Shown here in pieces: positions 18,371 to 27,700 of a DNA stretch of 64,000 bases (positions are counted from its first letter, which is position 1; each line of letters opens with the position of its first letter). Made by a program: the position numbers and the translations under genes. The stretch lies in IMG/VR virus record IMGVR_UViG_3300029922_000013, positions 32,001 through 96,000 of that record. One strand, 5' to 3'. Under the pieces are notes generated by a model. The model was not told the DNA's origin. It did not search any database and saw only the letters and a list, made by a program, of their open reading frames with translations. Origin of the DNA: a virus.

Positions 18371-18392
18371 ACACTTATGATATAACCAAGGC

Positions 18393-20258
18393 ATGGATTT
18401 TGCCTTATTAGAAGATAGTAAAAAAGCCGAAATAGCTAAATTAATGCTTGCCCCTTTGAATTCTGCGAAGGAAATTAAGGATTGGGCTAAGTTCTATTTA
18501 GATCTCGAACTACCCACCGAAAATACCGACCCAGATTCCACATCCAACCCTCTAGACGCAGCATGGTATATCTACGAAACCTTCAAAAATAACTGGGGTA
18601 ATGTAAGACCTGGCGCTATTATGATTAGTTGTCGTGAAGGTCTAAAAACTATTATTGTGACTATTTTAGAGCTTCTTTTATTGATTCATTTTCAACTTGA
18701 GGTCGGTCATGCGGCAGCTATCGAGTCTCAGTCGTCTATTGCTTTAAACTATATAGAAGGCTTTCTTCTTAAAATTGGCCCTCTACTGGATGCAGCTGGT
18801 TGGATTCCAATGTCTTCCAATAAGCGTGTTATCCGCTATAAGACCCCTCAGAAAAAAACTGCTTTTATCAAGGTTGTTATTTGTTCTTCCAAAGGGATGA
18901 ATGGATTGCATTCAAATGTACTATTTCTTGATGAATTAGATCTAGCTGATAAGGCAGCTCTCAAAGAAGGTAAGAACATTACCGGATTCTCTAAGGGCGT
19001 TTACGGAATGATGGTTTTGGTCAGTTCTTACAAGTACTCATTCGGTAATGTGGCCGAAGCTTTGGAAAAAGCTGATGACATGAACTATAAAGTTCTTAAG
19101 TGGAATCTACTGGACCTCACCGAAAAATGTCCAGAGGATCGTCATAAGCCCGATGAACCCAGACAAGACATGTATGTGGCTAAAGACTTACCACTTAGAA
19201 ATTTATTGCAAGAAGAGTATTTGATACTGCCGGATATAGAGAAACCCAAATACGAATTCATTAAAGATGCTTATGCAGGTTGTGTGAAATGTCCTTTGTT
19301 GCCTCTTTGTAAGAAAAAACTCGCCGTTAAAGATGCGTCAGCTACTGGTGGTTTTTATAAACCCATCAGTTCGGTCATTCAAAAATTCAGAGAAAATGAC
19401 CCTGATATGGCTGCTTCTCAATTACTGTGCCAAAAACCAGGGAGCGAAGGGCTGGTTTATCCCAGATTTAGTTCGGGCGTAGGAATCGGCAATGTCATTA
19501 CTACCAAACAAGCTTACGAAACTTTGATCGGTCCCACAAATTTCCAGAACGTATCAGAAGCGACTCTTTTATACGAAATGCAAAAAGCTGGGATCGAATT
19601 CTTCTGTGGCGTTGACTGGGGATTTGGACATGATTTCGTCATTCTAGTAGTAGCCAAGATTCCCAATGGCGATTGGTGGCTGATGGAAACGTATGCATCC
19701 CCCGGTTTAGAGTTTGATGACATATTACAAATTTCAAAAACCTACCGCGATAAATACAATCCATCAAAATGGTTTGTTGACCAAAATATGCCAGCTTACA
19801 TTAAGTCCTTCAATAAAAATGGTATGAAGTGTCCTCCTTTTACAAAAGACGTTTTGGGAGGCATCAGTGCTGTTAGGTCTAAAATAGTTAGTTCTGGCGG
19901 CAAAAGATCTTTCAAAATTTTGCAAAATGAAAGTAATAAAAAAACTATATCGGCCATAGCCAAACATCGTTTCCAGTTGGATGGTCAGGGTAATGTGACT
20001 CCGAATCCGGCAGATGAAATGGGTATTGCCGATATTTGCGATAGCTTAAGGTACATAGGCCAGAATATGTGGGCTGTTCGTGGTACTTACAGGGCTATGG
20101 TGGAATATACGGATGATCCAGGCAAGGTAGGAATGCCAAACAAGCCCAATCCTACTGTAAACGAGCAAATGCGCAATGAAATTGCCAAGAGAATCAATGG
20201 GGACTCTGTTGCCATAAGCAGTACCAAAAAGAAGGGTGGATTTACATTTACCTTTTAA
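18393..20258 (+). CDS. terL: Terminase large subunit
   Basis: Variant Walker A SCREGLKT, Walker B LFLDELD, nuclease GVDWGF and D..DSLRY; next to the portal gene. Confidence 0.85.
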   Translation: MDFALLEDSKKAEIAKLMLAPLNSAKEIKDWAKFYLDLELPTENTDPDSTSNPLDAAWYIYETFKNNWGNVRPGAIMISCREGLKTIIVTILELLLLIHFQLEVGHAAAIESQSSIALNYIEGFLLKIGPLLDAAGWIPMSSNKRVIRYKTPQKKTAFIKVVICSSKGMNGLHSNVLFLDELDLADKAALKEGKNITGFSKGVYGMMVLVSSYKYSFGNVAEALEKADDMNYKVLKWNLLDLTEKCPEDRHKPDEPRQDMYVAKDLPLRNLLQEEYLILPDIEKPKYEFIKDAYAGCVKCPLLPLCKKKLAVKDASATGGFYKPISSVIQKFRENDPDMAASQLLCQKPGSEGLVYPRFSSGVGIGNVITTKQAYETLIGPTNFQNVSEATLLYEMQKAGIEFFCGVDWGFGHDFVILVVAKIPNGDWWLMETYASPGLEFDDILQISKTYRDKYNPSKWFVDQNMPAYIKSFNKNGMKCPPFTKDVLGGISAVRSKIVSSGGKRSFKILQNESNKKTISAIAKHRFQLDGQGNVTPNPADEMGIADICDSLRYIGQNMWAVRGTYRAMVEYTDDPGKVGMPNKPNPTVNEQMRNEIAKRINGDSVAISSTKKKGGFTFTF

Positions 20259-20290
20259 TTTCAATAGTTTGTGCAAGCTCTCATAAAAAG

Positions 20291-20299
20291 CAATCTTTA
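20291..20299 (+). promoter_or_regulatory. Putative late promoter element CAATCTTTA
   Basis: 25 nt before ATG 20324. Confidence 0.6.
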
Positions 20300-20323
20300 A
20301 CGTAGTATATCAGGAGCTTAAAA

Positions 20324-21277
20324 ATGCCACTAAAAAGTTTAATATTTTTGCAGGCTTACGGGGTAGGCGGTAATGGTGGAGCTTGTTCTGGGAACCAGCC
20401 TCAAAGACAGAATTTTAAGTGGACGAGAGAAACCACTGATTTTTCTATATCTAGTGCCCTCAGTGAGACCTTCCAAACCGCGCCAGGAGCCACCCAAGCC
20501 CTTTTTAGCGGCACCAGGAGCCTTACACAAGACAATACGACTACCTACTCTTTAGCCCTTGCACCGTTCAGTACCAGTACCTACCAGCTTTCTTATGTTT
20601 CCGGGATGGTTCCTGGTTTTAGAACGCTAAGAACGATTGGCACGAACGCTACTTCACAAGTAACTACATCCATAAATGGTCCAGTATTAACCTACACCTT
20701 CACTGGCGGAACACTCCCGAACCTGAGTTCAGTTCAGGTTGGAGACCAAGTCCTTATTGGTAACCAATTCAATCTTGCCAATCAAGGCATATTCCAGATT
20801 ATTTCAACCACTAGCACGAGTATTTCCGTAGTTAATCCGACAGGGTACGTTCAAGGGCCAATAACCCTAGGATCTGGATACGCTACCCAACTTCGCATCT
20901 TTAGTGCCGGCAACGTTCAAGTGGGCGATACTCTGGTTATTAACTCTGGTTTTAGTCCTGTTTCTCAAAATTCTTACGAAATTACTCAAGTAACCGACTC
21001 GTATGTCCAATTTTCTTATGCAGGCGCCTTGCCAACAGAAACCGTGACGACCGAAGTCACCGCATACACTATGGCTAAAACCATGATCTATATGGAATGT
21101 GACCAAAAATGTGAGATTTTGATCAACGGAGCTGTTACTGGTCCCATAGTTACCCCCATTGTTTCCAATGGCGTTGCTTATCCTGGATTGTTCCTGCTAA
21201 ACTCTGTGATCTGGAGTCTTTCCGTTACTAATAACTCAATCAATCTAGCCAATATCACGCTCCTAAGCACTGAATGA
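20324..21277 (+). CDS. Hypothetical beta-rich virion protein
   Basis: 317 aa T/S/G-rich with repeated VQVGD motif; AGGAG RBS. Confidence 0.6.
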   Translation: MPLKSLIFLQAYGVGGNGGACSGNQPQRQNFKWTRETTDFSISSALSETFQTAPGATQALFSGTRSLTQDNTTTYSLALAPFSTSTYQLSYVSGMVPGFRTLRTIGTNATSQVTTSINGPVLTYTFTGGTLPNLSSVQVGDQVLIGNQFNLANQGIFQIISTTSTSISVVNPTGYVQGPITLGSGYATQLRIFSAGNVQVGDTLVINSGFSPVSQNSYEITQVTDSYVQFSYAGALPTETVTTEVTAYTMAKTMIYMECDQKCEILINGAVTGPIVTPIVSNGVAYPGLFLLNSVIWSLSVTNNSINLANITLLSTE

Positions 21278-21293
21278 TATAAGAGGGGCGTAT

Positions 21294-23141
21294 ATGGAAG
21301 ATAAAGACAAGAAAAAAGTAGCCCTTGCTTTTGGTGACAGTACGGAAGACACGGTTGAAAAATCTGGTCTTTCTGAATTGCAACACGCAATTGATAGCGT
21401 ATCTTTGTCTGCAGACTCTCTAGCAAAAGGAGAATCCCCACTCCATAAGCTCATTCGTCAGACTACCGGAACGGCGAAGAAAAAAGCCCCAAGCTTAGCT
21501 TTTTCAGAACTACCTTCTCCGCAGGCCAATTTTCTTGGTTTATTTAAAGCTCGTACCCGACTCTTACCCCCAGAATTGATTAAAACGGTTCGAGTTACAG
21601 ATCATTTGGTTGCTGCGATTTTAAGAACACGCGGCAACATCATGAAGCTTTATGGTCATTTGAGAAAAGACCGCTTCGACGTAGGCCTTCAGCTTGACAT
21701 CAAAGCTGAGTTCTTGGATCTATTTACTCCTGAGCAATATGAAAAAATTGTAACTAGGATGAAGAGGCTTGAAATCCTACTTTTGAATTGCGGCCACGAT
21801 GAAGGTCTTGAGCAACAAGACAAAATGACTCTTGCTGATTTCATGAGCACCCAGACCATCAACGGCCTAAGTTTCGGATCTCATGGTACAGAAATTATAT
21901 ACGATCGTTCAGGTAAACCAGACAAAGATGGCAACTTCCCTTTTCATCGTTTTAGACCTGTAGACATTGCAACTATTTATCGCGCCGTTCGTCGTGGTGA
22001 ACAAGTAGGTCAGAACCTGCGTGAGTTGGCTCTCAAAGCCTTAGAAGCGATGGAAGGCAATTCTTTCAACATAGATATCAGCAAGCTCAGAGAAGATCAC
22101 TACGCCTGGTTACAGGTCATTGAAGGTCAACCTAGACAAGCGTTCACTCATAATGAAATGCTCGTTTACAATCTATTCCCATCTACGGACGTAGAGCACA
22201 ACGGATACCCTGTATCACCTTTAGACACATGCGTGAATTGTGTTACGACTCACATCTCAATCGAAGCTTTCTGGAAGACCTACTTCTCTAATGGTAAGAG
22301 CGCCAAAGGGATGTTGGTTATTAAGAGTGAAGAAGTTGATCAACAAATGATTGACGCCATTAAAATGCAATTTAATGCTTCGATCAACTCCGTATCTAAT
22401 GCATTCAGAACCCCTATTTTTGGTATATCTACAACCGATGACGTTCAGTGGACTCCAACTCAAGATCGCCTTGAGAATGGTGAATTCTCGTTTACCTACG
22501 ATCAAGTAGCCAGAAACATCTTGTCAGCTTTCGGTGTGTCTCCTGATGAAATTCCAGGGTATGGCCATTTGTCTAAAGGAACTAATTCACAAACGCTTTC
22601 AGAATCAAATAATGAATTCAAGATGACCGCTGCCAGAGATTCCGGCTTAAGGCCTCTGATTCTTGGCTGGCAAACTTACTTCAATCAAAGGCTGCTACCC
22701 ATCATCGACCCAGAGATGGCTCAAATAGTCGAAGTTAAATTGTCTGGTTTGGATGCTCAATCAAAGGAACAAGAGTCTGCCCGTTTACAACAAGACTCCA
22801 CTCTATTCCATACCTATGATAGTTTGCTTGCAGAAGTAGATGAGGATGGACCTGGAAAAGCTTTTGGGGGAGATGTTCCATTTAATGAACGCTATCGTCA
22901 AGTATTAGATTTTTATAGTAGTGTAGGAGAAGTTCGTAGCAAGTTCTTTGGCGATCCTAGCGCCTTAATAGATCCACTTCTTAAGTTTAAAAGAGACCCA
23001 TTTGCCCTACAATGGATACAACTTCTGGTGCAAGTTAACCCAAATGCCATCAAAGCCATGGCAGCCCCTAAAAAACATAACCTTGAGTTTCTGAAAATGG
23101 AAATTGAAGATATGCTTGAAGATGATGGAACTGGAGAATAA
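21294..23141 (+). CDS. Portal protein
   Basis: GYPVSPL...YFSNG...KGML...ILSAFGVSPDEI...GLRPL motifs; between TerL and MuF. Confidence 0.85.
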   Translation: MEDKDKKKVALAFGDSTEDTVEKSGLSELQHAIDSVSLSADSLAKGESPLHKLIRQTTGTAKKKAPSLAFSELPSPQANFLGLFKARTRLLPPELIKTVRVTDHLVAAILRTRGNIMKLYGHLRKDRFDVGLQLDIKAEFLDLFTPEQYEKIVTRMKRLEILLLNCGHDEGLEQQDKMTLADFMSTQTINGLSFGSHGTEIIYDRSGKPDKDGNFPFHRFRPVDIATIYRAVRRGEQVGQNLRELALKALEAMEGNSFNIDISKLREDHYAWLQVIEGQPRQAFTHNEMLVYNLFPSTDVEHNGYPVSPLDTCVNCVTTHISIEAFWKTYFSNGKSAKGMLVIKSEEVDQQMIDAIKMQFNASINSVSNAFRTPIFGISTTDDVQWTPTQDRLENGEFSFTYDQVARNILSAFGVSPDEIPGYGHLSKGTNSQTLSESNNEFKMTAARDSGLRPLILGWQTYFNQRLLPIIDPEMAQIVEVKLSGLDAQSKEQESARLQQDSTLFHTYDSLLAEVDEDGPGKAFGGDVPFNERYRQVLDFYSSVGEVRSKFFGDPSALIDPLLKFKRDPFALQWIQLLVQVNPNAIKAMAAPKKHNLEFLKMEIEDMLEDDGTGE

Positions 23142-23143
23142 GT

Positions 23144-23692
23144 ATGCCGCCAATTGATTATAAGACTAAGTATCAGGAATTAAAAGCTAGATTTATGTCC
23201 AGTGTTGACGTAGCTTGGCGTGATGGTTACGAACAAGGCATGCAAGCTTCTCAAAATGACCAAGCACAGCAACAAGCTCAGCAGGCCCAGGAAGCCACGA
23301 TGGCCGCACAGCAACCCGGACAGCCTGGACAAGAAGGTCAAGAGGGTGAACAACCTCAACCAGGAGCCGAAGACGCTGAACAACAGCCTATTTCTCAGAA
23401 CCCCAATGGCGACGATGAACTTGGACAACATATCGAAAAACTTGAAAATATTCTTGGCAAAAGCGAACTATCTCCCTTTGTAATGCAAGATCTTAAAAAA
23501 GCTATAGACGAGATGCGTACGCTTACTATTCCAGCTAGAGTTAAAGCTAATGTGCCAGAAGCTGGCCTAAAAGCCTTAACACTTCAAGAGAAAATTGTTA
23601 AAGACGTGTTTGCTAAATGGGAAGGTGACCAAACCAAAGCAGCTAGCGATATCAGTTCCATTTTGAATGTAGAAGGTTTGACTAAAAAGTAA
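23144..23692 (+). CDS. Hypothetical Q-rich head-associated protein
   Basis: 182 aa; follows the portal gene; LGKSE motif. Confidence 0.65.
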   Translation: MPPIDYKTKYQELKARFMSSVDVAWRDGYEQGMQASQNDQAQQQAQQAQEATMAAQQPGQPGQEGQEGEQPQPGAEDAEQQPISQNPNGDDELGQHIEKLENILGKSELSPFVMQDLKKAIDEMRTLTIPARVKANVPEAGLKALTLQEKIVKDVFAKWEGDQTKAASDISSILNVEGLTKK

Positions 23693-23697
23693 AGCCC

Positions 23698-24465
23698 ATG
23701 CATGGCATACATTCTTCTACTTCAGAATCTATAAAAAAAGTAGTCGATGATTTGTTCGACAAAACAGCTTTGCGTTTCCTCGGTCATGTTCCCAAACTCC
23801 ACCACAAACGACACACTCTAATCGGTTTTGAAGCGGGAGCCTCTTTGGCTTACCTATTCCTTCAAGCGATGGGGAACAAATATCTTAATAATGTTGAAGA
23901 TGATGTACTGAAGGGTCTGTTGGCTGGAGCTTATGGCTATATAAGTACTTTAAGGGAGAAAACTTCCAACAACATCGTTCAACAAATAGAAGGCATGGCT
24001 AGACAATCCAGATTAACTGGGGAGAAGATTGACCAAGAGACCTTGAATAAAATTATACAAGACCAATTAGACAAAGCTAAAACTGATATGGAAGCCATAG
24101 TTGCAGCAGAAGGAACCAAAACCCGTAACATTGGCACCGTGATGGAAATTTCAAGAAACGCCGCTCTTAATAATGACAGAGACCCTATCGTAGGGTTTGC
24201 TGTAATACGTGATGCGTCTACCTGTCCAGTTTGTGTTAAATTAAATATAATGGAAGACGGTGTGACTCCACGTCTTTTTAAGTTGAGTGAGCTATCCGCT
24301 GGATACTATAAACGTGGGGACAAAGTTCCTAGTCTTATAGGGAATCACCCTCACTGTAGGTGCACACCCTTCTACGTCCCTACCAATTGGGGGTTTGATA
24401 GACAAGGCCACATTACTTTCGTAGGTTCTGGTCATAATGAACTTGAGAATCAGAGAAAAGACTGA
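23698..24465 (+). CDS. MuF-like minor head protein
   Basis: D..TCPVC and HPHCRC motifs; no C-terminal toxin extension. Confidence 0.75.
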   Translation: MHGIHSSTSESIKKVVDDLFDKTALRFLGHVPKLHHKRHTLIGFEAGASLAYLFLQAMGNKYLNNVEDDVLKGLLAGAYGYISTLREKTSNNIVQQIEGMARQSRLTGEKIDQETLNKIIQDQLDKAKTDMEAIVAAEGTKTRNIGTVMEISRNAALNNDRDPIVGFAVIRDASTCPVCVKLNIMEDGVTPRLFKLSELSAGYYKRGDKVPSLIGNHPHCRCTPFYVPTNWGFDRQGHITFVGSGHNELENQRKD

Positions 24466-24810
24466 CTATTCAACTAGATGTACATACACTAGCTTGTTTA
24501 ACTTTTTCATTTCCTCTATCATATTTTTAGTCCCACGACTCTTCCCGTCCCATACTGCTATTAAAGCATCTGCATAAGCGGCCATGGTTTTGTTTCTAAT
24601 TGGACCTGCAGCCTTTCCGTGTGCATCCCAGTCTGCTTTAAATATTGTTAATTTTAGTGATGCTAATTTAGCAAAACTTTCTCCAAGATAATCTACGCCA
24701 GTTGCACCTCCAGATACAACTTCCGTAATATCAAACTTAGATAGCTTTATAGCCCTACCTACAGTCGGCCAGTAAGTAATGTTTCTGCCTCCTGCAATTA
24801 TAACCTTCAT
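24466..24810 (-). CDS. SLOG-family (YspA/DUF2493-like) protein
   Basis: MKVIIAGGR, VVSGGATGVD, AAGPIRN, WDGKSRGT motifs. Confidence 0.85.
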   Translation of the reverse strand: MKVIIAGGRNITYWPTVGRAIKLSKFDITEVVSGGATGVDYLGESFAKLASLKLTIFKADWDAHGKAAGPIRNKTMAAYADALIAVWDGKSRGTKNMIEEMKKLNKLVYVHLVE

Positions 24811-25043
24811 TTGTCTGGCCATCCAGGTAATCTTCTGCATTTTTGACATCGTATATAGGTAGTATCAAGCATATCCAACTGTTCTTCCCATTCCCACGAA
24901 TGTGGGGGACAAGATTTTTCTATAGGAATATCTTTTATAAAATCTTCGTGATCCTTTTTTAATTTCTCATCATAGTGAGCACCTATTTTACCAGAAATAA
25001 GAAGCAACAATATTATAATTAAAAACCATGCAAAATCGTTCAT
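24807..25043 (-). CDS. Small membrane protein with Cys/His motif
   Basis: N-terminal TM helix; CPPHSW...CQKC. Confidence 0.6.
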   Translation of the reverse strand: MNDFAWFLIIILLLLISGKIGAHYDEKLKKDHEDFIKDIPIEKSCPPHSWEWEEQLDMLDTTYIRCQKCRRLPGWPDK

Positions 25044-25053
25044 TCGCTTATCC

Positions 25054-25419
25054 TTATAATTCAGACCAGGACTTCTTGCGTCCGCGCCTACTTTTGGCCT
25101 TACTATAAAAAATATAGTATTCATCCTCATTTATATCTGCACTATCCAGCAATTTAACGGCATAAGCATGGGCTTTTGTTTCAGATCTGATTTTCTTAGA
25201 CCAATTGAACATATTGTCTCCGCTCATATAAAAGAGATGACCTGCTTCATGCGCTAGAGTGAAGTACTTTTCTTTATAGGACATTTTTGAATCTATGTAG
25301 ATAAAAGCTCTAAATTTTTTCGTGTGGTTGCAGAAACCAATAAAATCGTAATCATAAACGGCACAACGAAGTTCGTCAATGGAGGTTGCGAGTTCTTTAT
25401 AGAGTTGTTTGTAACCCAT
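25054..25419 (-). CDS. ImmA/IrrE-like HExxH metallopeptidase
   Basis: FTLAHEAGH...ETKAHAYA; start overlaps the upstream stop (TAATG). Confidence 0.7.
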   Translation of the reverse strand: MGYKQLYKELATSIDELRCAVYDYDFIGFCNHTKKFRAFIYIDSKMSYKEKYFTLAHEAGHLFYMSGDNMFNWSKKIRSETKAHAYAVKLLDSADINEDEYYIFYSKAKSRRGRKKSWSEL

Positions 25420-25736
25420 TACCATGGTGTCCGCATCGAGCAGTAAAACATGTGGTCCCATTCGAAAGAGGAGAACTTCGCTCCACATTCACATTTAAAA
25501 TCAGATCCAAAAAGTTCTTCGAAACTAACCATATCAACATAAAAGTGAGGATCATAACTAGGAATTTGGGATAGTATTAGAACGTAATCGCTAAAGCCTG
25601 CAGGATCTGTAGTATAGAAGGACCATTCCCATTTTTTATTGTTGTAGCTGAGAGCTTTAGGGAAATCCATTAGTTCTTTCCACCAGTTGATCTGTTTTTG
25701 TGGTCCTTCAGATCCAAAATGTATAGTTATTTTCAT
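25419..25736 (-). CDS. Hypothetical protein with C-terminal Zn-binding motif
   Basis: CECG...H..YC. Confidence 0.6.
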   Translation of the reverse strand: MKITIHFGSEGPQKQINWWKELMDFPKALSYNNKKWEWSFYTTDPAGFSDYVLILSQIPSYDPHFYVDMVSFEELFGSDFKCECGAKFSSFEWDHMFYCSMRTPW

Positions 25737-25750
25737 TGTTTTTTCTATAC

Positions 25751-25759
25751 CAATCTTTA
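25751..25759 (+). promoter_or_regulatory. Putative late promoter element CAATCTTTA
   Basis: 42 nt before the endolysin ATG. Confidence 0.6.
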
Positions 25760-25800
25760 TATAGGTTATAGTGATAAAGCAAGAAAGTCAAGAGGTTTAT

Positions 25801-26355
25801 ATGGCAGGATCTATTTGGAGTGATTTGGGTAAATTATTGTTGAGCTTTTTAGTTAACAAAACTAATGAAAGTGCTCCTGTGGAGACTAAAGCTCCAGAAC
25901 CAACTGAAAAGCAAGAAGTCGATTGGACAAATCCTGATTGTAAAGTGTCAAAATATTTTACAGTCAAAGAAATGATCTACTTACCAACCTGGAAACGAAT
26001 GGCCAATGAAACGGATGGACTAAACGATCAAATCAAAGAAAATCTCATTAATTTAGCCATGGACATGGATATAGTTCGCGATTATTTCGACAAACCAATC
26101 AATGTTCATGTTACCTACAGACCGCTAGAGTACAATAAGGCTATTGGTGGAGCTTTACACTCAGCCCACAGCGAAGGTGAAGCCATGGATTTTGATATTG
26201 TGGGTATGACTTGCGATGAAGTCAGAGAAGAGCTGGTAAGTAAGAATTTACTCGACAAATGGGGCATGAGATGCGAAAAAGCTCCAGGAAGCAATTGGGT
26301 TCATTTAGATTACAGACAGCTTGCCGCAGGTGGGAATAGGTATTTTATCCCTTAA
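25801..26355 (+). CDS. Endolysin, peptidase M15 family
   Basis: SKYFT, YR...N...GGA..SAH..GEAMDF, WVHLD motifs; GAGG RBS before ATG 25801. Confidence 0.8.
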   Translation: MAGSIWSDLGKLLLSFLVNKTNESAPVETKAPEPTEKQEVDWTNPDCKVSKYFTVKEMIYLPTWKRMANETDGLNDQIKENLINLAMDMDIVRDYFDKPINVHVTYRPLEYNKAIGGALHSAHSEGEAMDFDIVGMTCDEVREELVSKNLLDKWGMRCEKAPGSNWVHLDYRQLAAGGNRYFIP

Positions 26356-26558
26356 GGTTTGCCACAGATACAGTCGTAATCTTGTTTATCGTATTTAATA
26401 AATAATTTTAGACATGGAGCATCGGAATATAATTTAGGACATCTGCTAGAGCATGTATTGATAACTTCTTTGTCATGATCGTTCCAAGGATAGTTGGTTC
26501 TGTTGATTAAAGATGGATTCGGACAGGCCAACGATAAGAATATCAAAAATTCTGCCAT
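26352..26558 (-). CDS. Small Cys-rich, possibly exported protein
   Basis: 68 aa; hydrophobic N-terminus ending LAC; six Cys. Confidence 0.55.
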   Translation of the reverse strand: MAEFLIFLSLACPNPSLINRTNYPWNDHDKEVINTCSSRCPKLYSDAPCLKLFIKYDKQDYDCICGKP

Positions 26559-26563
26559 AAATA

Positions 26564-27640
26564 CTATTTTTTCTCTTTTTTCTCAACAAAACTATCCATA
26601 TCGCTGCCAACCATCATTTTAGCAAGCTTCTTTTCAGCTTTCATGGATTTGTTTAAACAAAGAACTTGCCCAATAGCCGCGATTTCGCCCTTGGCTAGGT
26701 GTGGCATAGTTTTTGACATATAAGTTTCAAAAGCTTCTCTCTTACCCCAAGCTTTATATTCTTGTTCTGCTCGTTGAAGGAGTGTGGACTTCTTCATCTT
26801 CTTATCTAAAGCTTCTTTTCCCAAGGCAGCTCCACCAACCATATTACCTGGGGCAGTCATTCCTGAGCCTGCAGTCATCGCTTTTTTCATTGATTCGCCT
26901 TTACCGATTTCACCTTGAATAGCTTTAGGAGCTACAGGTCCGAATTTAGGGGAACTAGCCACAGCCATTCTATGGTTCTTTGTTCCTGATTTTCTAGCAG
27001 CTATCGGACGATTTTTGGGGGAACCCACTAGATAAGATGGCTGACCGCCTCTTTGGGCATCCGAAGGGAATTTTTTGCCTGGATTTTGACCTTTAGAAAG
27101 AAGTTCAATAGTAAAAGAAGGCTCAGATTTAAAAATGGAATCTGAGTCAGTTTTTTCAGGATCTGCTGGGATCATTTCGGCGACACAAGTTTTATTTGCC
27201 GGGATATTAGTCAAAGTTATCTTACGAGCCACCGATTTGGTAACTATTAGACCAACCTTATCTATCTTGGAACCCTCGATAGAGAAGCCAACCATCGGTT
27301 GTTCATCTGGATGCTCAGCATCATCCATAAAAAGAGCGGCAACTTCTCTTGAAGAGTCTTTTTTATCATCGAACAAGCGTCCCATTACATACAAAAAGGG
27401 AGTCTTGCATTTTTCCCAATAATATGCGTGCCTGTCATTTTCACAATCTTTATCCGAGAATATTTTTTTATATTCGAGAATTTTACCGCAAATTTGGGAA
27501 GGAAGTTTTGATTCATGCTCGTAATTAAAAGCAGCACCAACCAATGAGGAGCAGTCAATCCCCGCTAGATCAACGATTTCGCCAGCAGTATCAATTGCTT
27601 GACTTGAACCAATTCCATCAATATAAGTGCAGTTAGCCAT
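26564..27640 (-). CDS. Prohead (capsid maturation) protease
   Basis: D..GE...GID, NYEH, GFSIEG, LT..PAN motifs; C-terminal tail rich in K[SAG] sites. Confidence 0.8.
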   Translation of the reverse strand: MANCTYIDGIGSSQAIDTAGEIVDLAGIDCSSLVGAAFNYEHESKLPSQICGKILEYKKIFSDKDCENDRHAYYWEKCKTPFLYVMGRLFDDKKDSSREVAALFMDDAEHPDEQPMVGFSIEGSKIDKVGLIVTKSVARKITLTNIPANKTCVAEMIPADPEKTDSDSIFKSEPSFTIELLSKGQNPGKKFPSDAQRGGQPSYLVGSPKNRPIAARKSGTKNHRMAVASSPKFGPVAPKAIQGEIGKGESMKKAMTAGSGMTAPGNMVGGAALGKEALDKKMKKSTLLQRAEQEYKAWGKREAFETYMSKTMPHLAKGEIAAIGQVLCLNKSMKAEKKLAKMMVGSDMDSFVEKKEKK

Positions 27641-27655
27641 GGATAAACCTCTACA

Positions 27656-27664
27656 TAAAGATTG
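27656..27664 (-). promoter_or_regulatory. Putative late promoter element CAATCTTTA
   Basis: 16 nt before the protease ATG. Confidence 0.6.
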
Positions 27665-27700
27665 ATTTAGAGATCAAATATTGAAAATTATCTAGCAATA

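Noticed and set aside
23698-24465. MuF-toxin fusion
   Set aside because: Protein ends about 30 aa after HPHCRC, leaving no room for a toxin domain.
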